Source of the DNA: an uncultured virus (IMG/VR IMGVR_UViG_3300025127_000014)
Lineage: Duplodnaviria; Heunggongvirae; Uroviricota; Caudoviricetes
IMG/VR virus record: IMGVR_UViG_3300025127_000014
Strand: one strand, 5' to 3'
DNA length: 64,000 nt
The notes beneath the pieces are model-generated. The model had not been told where the DNA came from. It did not search any database and worked only from the letters and a program-made list of their open reading frames with translations. The translations under genes were made by a program, and so were the position numbers. Below are positions 10,530-19,914 of the stretch, in pieces. The stretch's first letter is position 1; each line of letters starts with the position of its first letter.

Positions 10530-10558
10530 TTGACAAAAACTTCTTATCATTATATTAT
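10530..10558 (+). promoter_or_regulatory. Sigma70-type promoter
   Basis: TTGACA-N17-TATTAT directly after the terminator and 8 nt before the primase ATG. Confidence 0.75.
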
Positions 10559-10566
10559 AGGGACGT

Positions 10567-11505
10567 ATGAATAAGAAAGAAGCTAAAAAGATTTTACATG
10601 AAACGTTTGGAAACTACATCGACAAAGGATCAGAACTTCTTTTCACGTGTCCGGCGTGCGGTCATCACAAGCGTAAATTCTCTGTTAATCTGGATAAAGG
10701 TGCTTATAAATGTTGGGTTTGCGATTATCGCGGTCGTAATATTAGGCGCGCTATTCGACGTTATGGTACGTATGTACAACTACAGAAATGGGACGAAGTT
10801 ACAAACAGGACAGATCTTCAAAGATTTTCTGACCTCTTTATGGAAGATCAGTGCGAAGAGAGGCGTGAAAAAGTACAACTACCAGAGGAATTCACAAGCC
10901 TCTGCTCAAAGAACGTACCAGCAACCGCCACATACGCCGTCAAATACTTACAAAAACGAGGACTGACAGAAGCTGATATTATCAAATGGAAGATTGGTTA
11001 CTGCTTCAGTGGAGAATATCGTAACAGAATTATTATACCGTCATTTGACCAAGATGGCGATTGTAGCTACTTTATTGCTAGATCTTATAATGGCGACTCT
11101 TATAAGTATAAAAATCCAAGAGCGTCTAAAGACATAGTATTCAATGAACTATATATTGACTGGAATAAAGACCTAATATTGGTCGAAGGAGTTTTTGATG
11201 CACTGGTCGCCGGAAATGCTGTTCCTATACTGGGTTCAACCCTACGGTCAGGGTCCGAACTATTACGAAAGATTGTACGGAACGACACCCCAATCTATAT
11301 CGCGCTCGACCCCGATGCCGCAGACAAAGAAAGAAGGATCATTCAAATGTTGCTGCGATATGATATTGAACTTTACAAAATTGATATTTCAGGGTATGAA
11401 GACGTAGGCTCAATGTCCAAAGATGTTTTCAATGAAAGGAAAAACAAAGCGTCGTTTATTGATCGTGACAACTATTTATTGCTAGATTTATTGTCGGCGG
11501 TATAG
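10567..11505 (+). CDS. DNA primase (zinc finger + Toprim)
   Basis: CPAC...CWVC zinc finger, YLQKRGL, RIIIPSFD, VEGVFDA and ALDPDA Toprim motifs. Confidence 0.9.
   Translation: MNKKEAKKILHETFGNYIDKGSELLFTCPACGHHKRKFSVNLDKGAYKCWVCDYRGRNIRRAIRRYGTYVQLQKWDEVTNRTDLQRFSDLFMEDQCEERREKVQLPEEFTSLCSKNVPATATYAVKYLQKRGLTEADIIKWKIGYCFSGEYRNRIIIPSFDQDGDCSYFIARSYNGDSYKYKNPRASKDIVFNELYIDWNKDLILVEGVFDALVAGNAVPILGSTLRSGSELLRKIVRNDTPIYIALDPDAADKERRIIQMLLRYDIELYKIDISGYEDVGSMSKDVFNERKNKASFIDRDNYLLLDLLSAV
11471..11478 (+). promoter_or_regulatory. Putative late promoter box ACTATTTA
   Basis: In the 3' end of primase, upstream of the ORF at 11505. Confidence 0.55.
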
Positions 11506-12560
11506 TGATGTTAATTTCAAATCATAGATTAAAACAAATTATTCGTGAAGAGATAAATAACAAAATTATAAAAAGAATTGCTACTGAAGAATTCAATAAA
11601 ATGATGCTTGGTGAAGCTTCAGGTAAATTAAAACCACCTACTAATGACGAGACACGTCCAATTAAAGATGATGTGATGTCAGCAATTCTAAGCATTACAG
11701 ATAAAAAAGAAATTAAGGAAGCTTCACATGAAGACGAACAAAAGCGCGGCATTGTCGACGATTTTCTTGATGATGATCAAAAGAAGCGCATACGAGCTGC
11801 TGTTGAAAAACTTGGTGGCGGTGCAGATGCGGTTGTAAAGGTTGCTAAATATTTAGGTGTTCCATTGGCCGTTATTAGTGGCTTGGTTGGCGGTGTTGGC
11901 GCTGGATTATATATGTCGACACCAGATACCGATACATCAACTCCTACTGAGTTTGATCAAACTGAATTGGTAGATGATACTTTGGTGCCTTCTGACATAT
12001 ACGGTACAGCATGGAATGATTTAGAAGGTGAATTCGCCGGCTTAAGCAACGCTGAAAAAATGGAGAAGAGTTGGTCACAATATGACAATATTGATACACC
12101 CCGTGCACCGGTAACAAGTCAATTCCAAATTTTTAAGTATTCACATATACCAGCAGACTCTATTACTGACGACAGTATTTTGCCACTTTCTGGAATGCAT
12201 GCTGACGATTATTATAATTATTGGAATCAAAAGGTTGAATCAAATCCATCTGTTGAATTGCCGTTACTTAAAAAAATGGTATTTGGAGATGTTGGCAAGT
12301 GGTCAGGTGGTTCAGGCAAGGATGCTAATTTTAAAAAAGCTGATGATGGCTCAAACTTATTGCCTCCAGATTGGACGGTCGCGTATACGGTTTATGCTGA
12401 TGCAGTCGAAAGTAAAATGTTTGATTTATACGACGCACTAGAAACTGCGTCACCAGAAGAAAAAAATGAAATTTATGATCAATTGCCAAATGTAAAAAGT
12501 GATGCTGATTTTGATAAGTTTATGTACGAAACTTTATACAGTGTTGGCAGATCGCAATAA
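11505..12560 (+). CDS. Putative internal head protein with LKQIIREE leader and one hydrophobic segment
   Basis: N-terminal ISNHRLKQIIREE; hydrophobic stretch YLGVPLAVISGLVGGVGAGLYM. Confidence 0.6.
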   Translation: MMLISNHRLKQIIREEINNKIIKRIATEEFNKMMLGEASGKLKPPTNDETRPIKDDVMSAILSITDKKEIKEASHEDEQKRGIVDDFLDDDQKKRIRAAVEKLGGGADAVVKVAKYLGVPLAVISGLVGGVGAGLYMSTPDTDTSTPTEFDQTELVDDTLVPSDIYGTAWNDLEGEFAGLSNAEKMEKSWSQYDNIDTPRAPVTSQFQIFKYSHIPADSITDDSILPLSGMHADDYYNYWNQKVESNPSVELPLLKKMVFGDVGKWSGGSGKDANFKKADDGSNLLPPDWTVAYTVYADAVESKMFDLYDALETASPEEKNEIYDQLPNVKSDADFDKFMYETLYSVGRSQ

Positions 12561-12566
12561 AAATGC

Positions 12567-12595
12567 TTGACACGTGTATCCTATAATGTTATAGT
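12567..12595 (+). promoter_or_regulatory. Sigma70-type promoter
   Basis: TTGACA-N17-TATAGT with TG extension. Confidence 0.75.
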
Positions 12596-12613
12596 ATTAA
12601 TACGGAGGCACTT

Positions 12614-12763
12614 ATGAAGTATGTAATGGCAATTATTTTTGGTTTCACTCTTGGGTTTGTTACATCTGTTTCATTTTCTGGTAATAATGTAGTAAATCTT
12701 GATGACAATATGCTTAACAATGAGAATATTGACGCGCTTATGAGTGTTGAATTACCAGAGTAA
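12614..12763 (+). CDS. Small membrane/secreted protein (49 aa, not in ORF track)
   Basis: GGAGG RBS at 12604; translates MKYVMAIIFGFTLGFVTSVSFSGNNVVNLDDNMLNNENIDALMSVELPE; fills the gap between promoter and SbcCD gene. Confidence 0.7.
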   Translation: MKYVMAIIFGFTLGFVTSVSFSGNNVVNLDDNMLNNENIDALMSVELPE

Positions 12764-12780
12764 TAACACATGGAGGGAAT

Positions 12781-15700
12781 GTGAAATTTGCTCACATAGC
12801 GGATACTCACATCAAAAATTTAAAGTATCACTACGAATACCGTATTGTTTTCGATCAATTGTATGATGAACTGCGAAAACAAGAGGTAGACTATATTATT
12901 CATTGCGGAGACATCGCACACACAAAAACTCAAATATCACCTGAGTTTGTTGAAATGTGTTCTGACTTCTTTCGCAATCTTGCGACCATCGCACCTACAT
13001 ATATTATTCTTGGAAACCATGATGGCAACCTTAAGAATAGCAGTCGTCAAGACGCGCTTACACCTATTGTAGAAGCGCTTGCACTTGATGATTTGCATCT
13101 GTTAAAAAACTCAGGCGAAACACACATTGATCATAAGTTTTGCTTAAACGTCCTATCAGTTTTTGATAGAGCCAATTGGATTAAACCAACGGATGATAGC
13201 AAGATTAATATTGCATTGTACCATGGCTCTATCTCTAACTGTAAGACTGACACAAATTGGACCATGGCTCATGGCGAAGATTCAATTTCTATATTTGATG
13301 ATCATGATTTTGCCATGCTTGGTGATATACATAGACGACAGTTCCTTGATGAACACGGCCGTGTTTGGTATGCTGGTTCCACTGTGCAACAAAATCATGG
13401 TGAAACAAATGACAAGGGTATTCTAATTTGGGAAATTAACTCTAAAGATGACTGGGATATAGAACCAATTGTGTTTAAAAATCCTAAGCCCTTTATAACA
13501 ATTGAGCTTACCAAGAAAGGTCGGATGCCAAAGAACACCTCGATTGCTTCAGGCGCTCGTCTTAGGATCGTAAGCAATAATAATTTGCCTCTTAATGTAA
13601 TGAAGAGAGCAGTTGATATAGCAAAGCACAGATTTAAGCCTGAAAGTATATCATTTTTAAACAGAGCATCTGGTGAACGCGGATCGGTTGAGGCTATTAC
13701 CGATGGGCTACAATCTGAAAACTTACGAGATATCAAGGTTCAAGAAGAACTGATTAGTGAATATCTTAAGGATTATCAAGCTTCTGATGAAATACTAGAG
13801 AATGTATATAATCTAAATAAAAAATACAATACTATAATTGAGAAAGATGAGGATATATCAAGAAATATTAATTGGAAGCTAGTAAATTTTGAATTTGACA
13901 ATCTTTTTAATTATGGTGATGACAATAATGTGAGCTTTGATAAGCTTGGCGGCATTGTTGGTGTTTTTGGTAAAAACTTTAGCGGTAAAAGCAGTATTGT
14001 AGATGGCATTCTGTGGACCTTGTTCAACACAACATCTAAAAATGAAAGAAAAAATTTAAATGTTATTAATCAAAACAGAGATGATTGTCACGGCAAGGTT
14101 ACAATCCAAATCAATGACTTGGTGTATACTGTAGAGAGAACCGCTAAGAAATATATTAAGAGGTTAAAGGGTGAAGAAACTCTAGAAGCTAAGACTGATC
14201 TAAATTTTGAAGTCTACAACCCAGTCACTGATGAGATTACATCGTTGAATGGCCTGACAAGAAATAATACCGATGCTAATATTCGAAAGCATTTCGGTAC
14301 AATAGAAGATTTTAGCGTCTCATCTCTGGCATCTCAGCATGGTTCATTAGCTTTTATTGACGAAGGCTCAACCAAGAGAAAGGAGATAATTGCTAAGTTT
14401 TTAGACCTTGAGATTTTTGATAAGAAGTTTAGGCTTGCAAAAGAAGAATCGATAGAAGCAAGAGCATATCTCAAGAAGCTTGAGGATAAGGATTACAATG
14501 TTGAAATTGAAGATGCTGAAATAAAATTAGAAAATTGTAAAAAGAAAGTCTTGAAGCATGAAAAGAAAATAGAAAATTACAAGAATACGCTTGAGATCAA
14601 CAAAGAAAAACTAAACGAGATAGACAGAAAAATTTCTGATATTCCTGCAAAGGCAATTAACATCTTTGATGTGTATCGTACGCTTGAAAAAAATCAAAAA
14701 CAAATTAGTCTCTTGTCTAATAAGATAATTGAAGATGCAAATATTCTTAGTAATGAAAAAAGTAGACTCGATAAGATTAACACTCTAATGGGACAACTTG
14801 ATTACAATGCTTTGTTAGAAAAACAAACAGAGATTCACGAAACCAATACTCGTTTAGCTGAGTTTACATCGATGATTGATTCTGCTGTTAGTAAAGAGAA
14901 ATTGTTGGATGGTATTCCCTGTGGCTCAACTTACCCCACATGTAAGTTTATAAAAGATGCACACGTTGCAGTGGCCACAATTCCAGAATTCAGGAATGAA
15001 GTAAAGGAACTAGAATCCGCTCTTTCTATGCTCGCACCTGAGCTAGTTGCTGATCATATTGAAAAATACAAAACGTTAAATACTAAAAAACAAGAAACTG
15101 AAATTTTAGTTAAAGATCTGAAAATGGGTATTGAACGAAACAATATCGCCTTGGAAAGAATTAACAATTCTGTTTTAGAACTTAATGATCAAAAAATGGC
15201 ATATGAACAAAACAAAGAGGCTATTGAAAATCTTGAAAAATTATTAAACGATAAATCAAAATATGAAAATGATATTAAGAAAATTACTGAAACTATTGAG
15301 TTTGATAAAATTAAAGTTTTGGAACTGTATAAAAAGGTTGGCTCATATGAACAGCAATTAGAAGACACCATCTCTCAACAAAAAGAATTTATCAAGCTAC
15401 AAGGCGAGTTTGCAGCCTATGATTTGTTTATGCGATGCATGCATTCTAACGGTATTGCTTATGACATAATTAAGAAAAAGATGCCAGTAATCAATCAAGA
15501 AGTCGCTAAGGTTCTTGCTAATATTGTTGATTTTGAAATTTTCTTTGACAGTTCTGGCAATAAGTTTGATATTTTTATTAAACATCCAAGTTATGACGAA
15601 CGACCTATTGAAATGGCTTCTGGTGCAGAAAAAACGATGGCGGCTATGGCTATTCGCTTGGCATTGCTTTCCGTCTCATCGTTGCCTAAATCTGACTTGT

Positions 15701-15888
15701 TCATCCTTGATGAACCCGGCACAGCACTGGACGAAGAAAATATGGAGGGTTTTATTCGTATATTAGAACTAATTAAAGTGTATTTCAAGAACGTTTTGTT
15801 GATCTCACACCTTGATTCGCTCAAAGATTGTGTTGATATGCAAATAGTAATAGAAAAGAAATCGGGATACGCTAGGGTAAATCAATAG
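12781..15888 (+). CDS. Fused Mre11/SbcD nuclease - Rad50/SbcC ATPase (T4 gp47-gp46-like)
   Basis: Phosphoesterase motifs ADTH, GD, GNHD, GDIH; Walker A GKNFSGKS; long coiled coil; ASGAE signature; ILDEP Walker B; ISH. Confidence 0.92.
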   Translation: MKFAHIADTHIKNLKYHYEYRIVFDQLYDELRKQEVDYIIHCGDIAHTKTQISPEFVEMCSDFFRNLATIAPTYIILGNHDGNLKNSSRQDALTPIVEALALDDLHLLKNSGETHIDHKFCLNVLSVFDRANWIKPTDDSKINIALYHGSISNCKTDTNWTMAHGEDSISIFDDHDFAMLGDIHRRQFLDEHGRVWYAGSTVQQNHGETNDKGILIWEINSKDDWDIEPIVFKNPKPFITIELTKKGRMPKNTSIASGARLRIVSNNNLPLNVMKRAVDIAKHRFKPESISFLNRASGERGSVEAITDGLQSENLRDIKVQEELISEYLKDYQASDEILENVYNLNKKYNTIIEKDEDISRNINWKLVNFEFDNLFNYGDDNNVSFDKLGGIVGVFGKNFSGKSSIVDGILWTLFNTTSKNERKNLNVINQNRDDCHGKVTIQINDLVYTVERTAKKYIKRLKGEETLEAKTDLNFEVYNPVTDEITSLNGLTRNNTDANIRKHFGTIEDFSVSSLASQHGSLAFIDEGSTKRKEIIAKFLDLEIFDKKFRLAKEESIEARAYLKKLEDKDYNVEIEDAEIKLENCKKKVLKHEKKIENYKNTLEINKEKLNEIDRKISDIPAKAINIFDVYRTLEKNQKQISLLSNKIIEDANILSNEKSRLDKINTLMGQLDYNALLEKQTEIHETNTRLAEFTSMIDSAVSKEKLLDGIPCGSTYPTCKFIKDAHVAVATIPEFRNEVKELESALSMLAPELVADHIEKYKTLNTKKQETEILVKDLKMGIERNNIALERINNSVLELNDQKMAYEQNKEAIENLEKLLNDKSKYENDIKKITETIEFDKIKVLELYKKVGSYEQQLEDTISQQKEFIKLQGEFAAYDLFMRCMHSNGIAYDIIKKKMPVINQEVAKVLANIVDFEIFFDSSGNKFDIFIKHPSYDERPIEMASGAEKTMAAMAIRLALLSVSSLPKSDLFILDEPGTALDEENMEGFIRILELIKVYFKNVLLISHLDSLKDCVDMQIVIEKKSGYARVNQ

Positions 15889-15899
15889 GAGATTACAAC

Positions 15900-16367
15900 A
15901 TGAAAATTACCAAGTCGCAACTTAAGCAAATTATTAGAGAAGAAGTAGAAGAAACTCTTGAGGAAGCGCCAAGTTGGCTTGCTAAGCTGTTTGGTGATAA
16001 AGATTCAACTCCGAAGGATGGAAGTTCTGGATATACTCCCCAATATGTCGATGACGAGCCGAGTGCTGATTCTGGTGACGATGAAGAAGAGCGCAAGTGT
16101 GGTGCGTTAAATGATAAATTTAACGGTGAGTATTATTTTTTCCGTGATGGCCGATGCGCCCCTTGCCCACGCGGTTATAATTATCACGGCAAAAGCGCCC
16201 TAGGCGAACCTGATTGTCGCGGCGGTTCCAGCAGTGGAAGCGGCAGATCTGGATACACTCCCGGTGAAGGTGGGTATGGTGGTTTCCGCGGCTACTCAGA
16301 GAGTCAAATTAAAGATATAGTCAAAGAAGCTTTACAAGAGCTTTATCCACATGATGGAGACGAGTAA
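15900..16367 (+). CDS. Putative internal head protein with MKITKSQLKQIIREE leader, Cys/Gly-rich
   Basis: AGGAG RBS; leader motif; four Cys; C-terminal SESQIKDIVKEALQE. Confidence 0.7.
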   Translation: MKITKSQLKQIIREEVEETLEEAPSWLAKLFGDKDSTPKDGSSGYTPQYVDDEPSADSGDDEEERKCGALNDKFNGEYYFFRDGRCAPCPRGYNYHGKSALGEPDCRGGSSSGSGRSGYTPGEGGYGGFRGYSESQIKDIVKEALQELYPHDGDE

Positions 16368-16368
16368 A

Positions 16369-17250
16369 ATGAAACTTTTAATGGAAGGCTGGCGTAAGTT
16401 TTTGAGAGAAGAAAAAGAGTTACAAGAACTTGATAAAGGAGCCGTTTACCGACTTAATGATCCAAATACCCCCTTGGCAACTTATGTAGCAGTACTTAAA
16501 AAGTATGCAGCTGATCCTAATTTTGATGCACTAGCTGTGGCAGGACAAACTGACGGTAACCCAAACGATGAGCAGGCTACTGTTAAACCGGCCGTAGTCA
16601 AAGCAGCTAGTTTAACAGCAACTCAAGCTGAAATTGGTTTTGGTAATAGCTTAGCTGATCAAGTACAAAATAAATATGACGCCACCAAGACCGCCCTCGG
16701 TTTGAACGGCACTCCTATTGTTATGAGTTCTAAGTCAGGACCAGTACCTATTCTTGTTTATAATGGTAAATATGTTTTAGACGGTCATCATCGATGGTCT
16801 CAGATCATGATGGTAAACCCAACGGGCGAAGTTAAGATTGATAATCTTACAGGGCCGGCAATTGACAATGAAGAGGAAGCACTTAAAACTATGCAGTTCG
16901 CCATAGCTGCTATGGCAGATAAAGTTGTAACAAAGCCTTTCGAAGGCGAAAATTTGATGCAAGCGAACGAACAACAAGTTGCAAACTTTGTTCTTAAGAA
17001 TGTTACAGATGAAGTATTACAGCTTCTTGTTCAAGCTCAAAAGATTGCAAAACCTGACAAGCAATTAGCAGCTAAGTATATTGCTGGTAATCTTTCTGTT
17101 ATCAAGAAAGCTGCTGGTAAATTTTCAAGAGAGAAAAGTATGCCACAAGCCGGTGATTCTGGGGTATCGCAAGATGCGGTCAATCAAGCGCTGGGTACTG
17201 GCAAAATTAATTTTGATGCTCCCAAGCCTTCTGATGTTAAAAGAGATTAA
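16369..17250 (+). CDS. ParB/Sulfiredoxin-like domain protein with WRKFLxE leader
   Basis: LTATQAEI...PILVYNGKYVLDGHHRW ParB-N-like motif; start moved to the ATG after the GGAG RBS (track start 16351). Confidence 0.7.
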   Translation: MKLLMEGWRKFLREEKELQELDKGAVYRLNDPNTPLATYVAVLKKYAADPNFDALAVAGQTDGNPNDEQATVKPAVVKAASLTATQAEIGFGNSLADQVQNKYDATKTALGLNGTPIVMSSKSGPVPILVYNGKYVLDGHHRWSQIMMVNPTGEVKIDNLTGPAIDNEEEALKTMQFAIAAMADKVVTKPFEGENLMQANEQQVANFVLKNVTDEVLQLLVQAQKIAKPDKQLAAKYIAGNLSVIKKAAGKFSREKSMPQAGDSGVSQDAVNQALGTGKINFDAPKPSDVKRD

Positions 17251-17252
17251 TT

Positions 17253-17723
17253 ATGAAGATCAACAAATCACATCTCAAGCAAATTATCAAAGAAGAACTT
17301 GAAACAGTTTTATCTGAAGTTGAAGACATGAGTCGTAAAGGTGATCCAAGTAAAGATTTTGCAATCCCTAGTGCCGCGTGGGATAGAGCATTTCGTAAGA
17401 ATAATATCATGATTTCATATCAAGGTCGCATGGGAGTTGAGAAAGATCAATGGAGCCCATACAGAGCACAAGAAGTCAGTGGTCTTACATACTGGCCCCT
17501 CTATCCAGTTAAGGGTGGCTACTTGGGTGCATATGGAAGAATATACAACGTACTTTCTGATAGTGGCGGAGGCCATGCTTTGAACCTTGTTGATGATGCT
17601 ATTGAAGAAGCTAAGAAGATGTGTGAAAAAGGCGAGTTTGTTAAAACAGGAAGATACGAAACGTCTGGCGTTACACCCGGCGGCTGTAAAAAAATGGGCT
17701 GGATGACACCAGCATCTGAATAA
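17253..17723 (+). CDS. Putative internal head protein with MKINKSHLKQIIKEE leader
   Basis: Shared leader motif followed by an unrelated body. Confidence 0.7.
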   Translation: MKINKSHLKQIIKEELETVLSEVEDMSRKGDPSKDFAIPSAAWDRAFRKNNIMISYQGRMGVEKDQWSPYRAQEVSGLTYWPLYPVKGGYLGAYGRIYNVLSDSGGGHALNLVDDAIEEAKKMCEKGEFVKTGRYETSGVTPGGCKKMGWMTPASE

Positions 17724-17734
17724 AGGATTAATAT

Positions 17735-18871
17735 ATGTCTGATAATGACAACAATGAATTTGATTTTCTGCCTCCCGCAGAACCACCACCCTCCTTCAAT
17801 CAGGAGAAAGACCACTATCACGAACAGGTAGATGCTGAAGATTTCGGTATGGTCGAGGATTTCGGATTACAGATGGAATACTCTGATGAAGATCTTCTCC
17901 CAGAAAACACGGCCCCCTCTTCGATAAACGTGGGCTTTGTTGGCGTCGGCGGCGGAGGCAACAAAATGGCGAACGCGTTCATTGAACTTGGTTTCAACAA
18001 AACGCTACTCGTAAATTCAACAGGAAAAGATATTCCTAAGAATGTTGAAGAAGATCACGTCGTTTTAATTCCTGATTCTGATGGAATCGGAAAGAATGTA
18101 GAATATGGAAAAGAGGTTTTAAGTCAAAATGGTGCAATTGTTGAAGATGCTCTCCGCATCAAACTCGGTAAGGTCGATTGGTTATTCGTCCTTGCTGGCG
18201 GTGGCGGTGGTACCGGTAGTTCTGTTACCGCTCTCCATCCTGTCTTTGAGCGTTACATGCGCTCTGTTCAGTCAAGCGGCAAAGTCGTTTATATAGTATC
18301 ATGGCCAACAGCACAAGAAAACCTTAACCCCACAATCGCTCGTAATGCGTTGACGCTGGCAAATGATGTTGCCAAGCACCCGCACATCGTTCTTGATAAC
18401 GAGCGCTCCACAAGATTACTGCGTGGTAGAATTGGCATGCTTGGTATGTACCCAGTAGCCAACACGCAATTTGCTAAGTCATTGGCTCAAGTTTTGAAAC
18501 TCTCCACTGAGGACTCACCGATCCAATCTTTTGATAGTAAGGATTTAGAAACTTGTTTGGGCAATGACGGTCGTGCCTTCATGGGCTCAACTATGATAAA
18601 AGATCCAAATACTGGAAAGCTTGGATCGGTGATCCTCCACAATTGTATGAACCGGTCAGCATGCCCTCCACCTAAAGGTAAGGCTGCTGCAGGTTCGTTA
18701 GTGCTGGTTGTGTCAGAAGAGATGGTAGCTGATCCAAAAGTCAGCAAGAATATTGAGTCGGCAATCGCTTATGTCGGCGGTCGATGCGAGACACTTTTTT
18801 CTGGCGTTTATGTCAGAAAGAATGTGCCCGGATTGATTGCGATACTAAGTATGAATGGATTAGCAACATGA
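17735..18871 (+). CDS. FtsZ/tubulin-family GTPase
   Basis: GFVGVGGGGNK (T1), SDGIGKN, LAGGGGGTGSS signature, VLDNE, SFDSKDL (T7-like); about 60 aa acidic N-terminal extension. Confidence 0.9.
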   Translation: MSDNDNNEFDFLPPAEPPPSFNQEKDHYHEQVDAEDFGMVEDFGLQMEYSDEDLLPENTAPSSINVGFVGVGGGGNKMANAFIELGFNKTLLVNSTGKDIPKNVEEDHVVLIPDSDGIGKNVEYGKEVLSQNGAIVEDALRIKLGKVDWLFVLAGGGGGTGSSVTALHPVFERYMRSVQSSGKVVYIVSWPTAQENLNPTIARNALTLANDVAKHPHIVLDNERSTRLLRGRIGMLGMYPVANTQFAKSLAQVLKLSTEDSPIQSFDSKDLETCLGNDGRAFMGSTMIKDPNTGKLGSVILHNCMNRSACPPPKGKAAAGSLVLVVSEEMVADPKVSKNIESAIAYVGGRCETLFSGVYVRKNVPGLIAILSMNGLAT

Positions 18872-19161
18872 ATTGGATTAAAACACTTTGGAATAAATTA
18901 GTAATTAAAACTTCCGTTTCCCCTACGACTGTGGTTGTAGAGGAAGTTGAAGAAACAGACCCGGAAGCCGTGGCGGCTATCTTTACACAATTGTGTATTG
19001 ATGCTGGCATAACAAGAAAGTGGGTTGTTAGATATGATATGGCAGCGGTATTTGTTGAATGGTATGATGGTCCTGCTGAGGTTGATGCTATCAGTAATTC
19101 AATAGCTGATTTTAAGCGAGCACGTCCAGATATGGCCCCTAACTTGGTGAGACTTAAGTAA
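18868..19161 (+). CDS. Hypothetical protein
   Basis: ATG overlaps the tubulin stop (ATGA); begins MNWIKTLWNKL. Confidence 0.65.
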   Translation: MNWIKTLWNKLVIKTSVSPTTVVVEEVEETDPEAVAAIFTQLCIDAGITRKWVVRYDMAAVFVEWYDGPAEVDAISNSIADFKRARPDMAPNLVRLK

Positions 19162-19341
19162 ATGCCCTATAAGCGTGTTGGTAAATGCGTTTATAAAAAA
19201 AAGCGCGATGGCTCTCAGGGAGAAAAGAAAGGCTGCTCCAAATCTGTAGCTATGGCTAAAAAGTATTTAAAAGCTCTTTATGCAGTTGACGAAGTTGTCA
19301 GAGAAGAGCTAAAAAGATTTTTAAAAGAGAGGCGTAAATGA
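19162..19341 (+). CDS. Small basic protein (59 aa, not in ORF track)
   Basis: MPYKRVGKCVYKKKRDGSQGEKKGCSKSVAMAKKYLKALYAVDEVVREELKRFLKERRK; fills the gap exactly and its stop overlaps the next ATG. Confidence 0.7.
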   Translation: MPYKRVGKCVYKKKRDGSQGEKKGCSKSVAMAKKYLKALYAVDEVVREELKRFLKERRK

Positions 19342-19538
19342 TGGCAAAAGCACAAGCATTTTTAGATTCATGGTTGGCAAAACTAACATCACGCAAACTT
19401 ATGGTTTGGTTGACAGCAACAGGCTTGACGCTAGCTGGACATGTGACCAGTGAAGATTGGGTAATTATCTCAGCAATTTATATTGGCGGTCAGACAGTGA
19501 TTGATGGTATTTCGAAACTAAGAGGCTACAATGATTAA
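19338..19538 (+). CDS. Small two-TM membrane protein, putative holin
   Basis: 66 aa; LTSRKLMVWLTATGLTLAG and WVIISAIYIGGQ hydrophobic segments; charged C-terminus. Confidence 0.55.
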   Translation: MMAKAQAFLDSWLAKLTSRKLMVWLTATGLTLAGHVTSEDWVIISAIYIGGQTVIDGISKLRGYND

Positions 19539-19914
19539 GGCAAAAGTTTTTGATTTTATTCTTAAAAATTGGAAAGTTTTACTTATTTTAATTTTGGCTG
19601 CTGTTGTATCCTTAAAAAGTAGATACGATTACCACCTTATGCAGCAGGCATACGAAGCACAAAATGAATCGCATCAAGCACAGATCGAAGGCTTAAAAGA
19701 AATACACAAGAAAGAGATTCGTGAAAAACAAAAATTAATGGAAAGTCATCTGGAATCCATAGCTGCAATTGAAGAAGACTACGAAGATGCACTAGAGATG
19801 ATTGACGAATTAAGAGAAGATAAGAAAGGTAAATATAGAAACAAATTTAATAGTGATCGAGAACAACTAATTAAAGATATAGAAGAGAAGTTTGGTATTC
19901 AGTATGTTCCTTAA
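19531..19914 (+). CDS. N-terminal TM + coiled-coil protein (i-spanin-like)
   Basis: WKVLLILILAAVVSL anchor followed by a charged heptad-rich helix; follows the holin-like gene. Confidence 0.5.
   Translation: MIKAKVFDFILKNWKVLLILILAAVVSLKSRYDYHLMQQAYEAQNESHQAQIEGLKEIHKKEIREKQKLMESHLESIAAIEEDYEDALEMIDELREDKKGKYRNKFNSDREQLIKDIEEKFGIQYVP

Noticed and set aside
17735..18871. Host ftsZ, or proof of a phage nucleus
   Set aside because: No cell-division gene context or FtsZ C-terminal peptide, and no recognisable nuclear-shell gene in the window.
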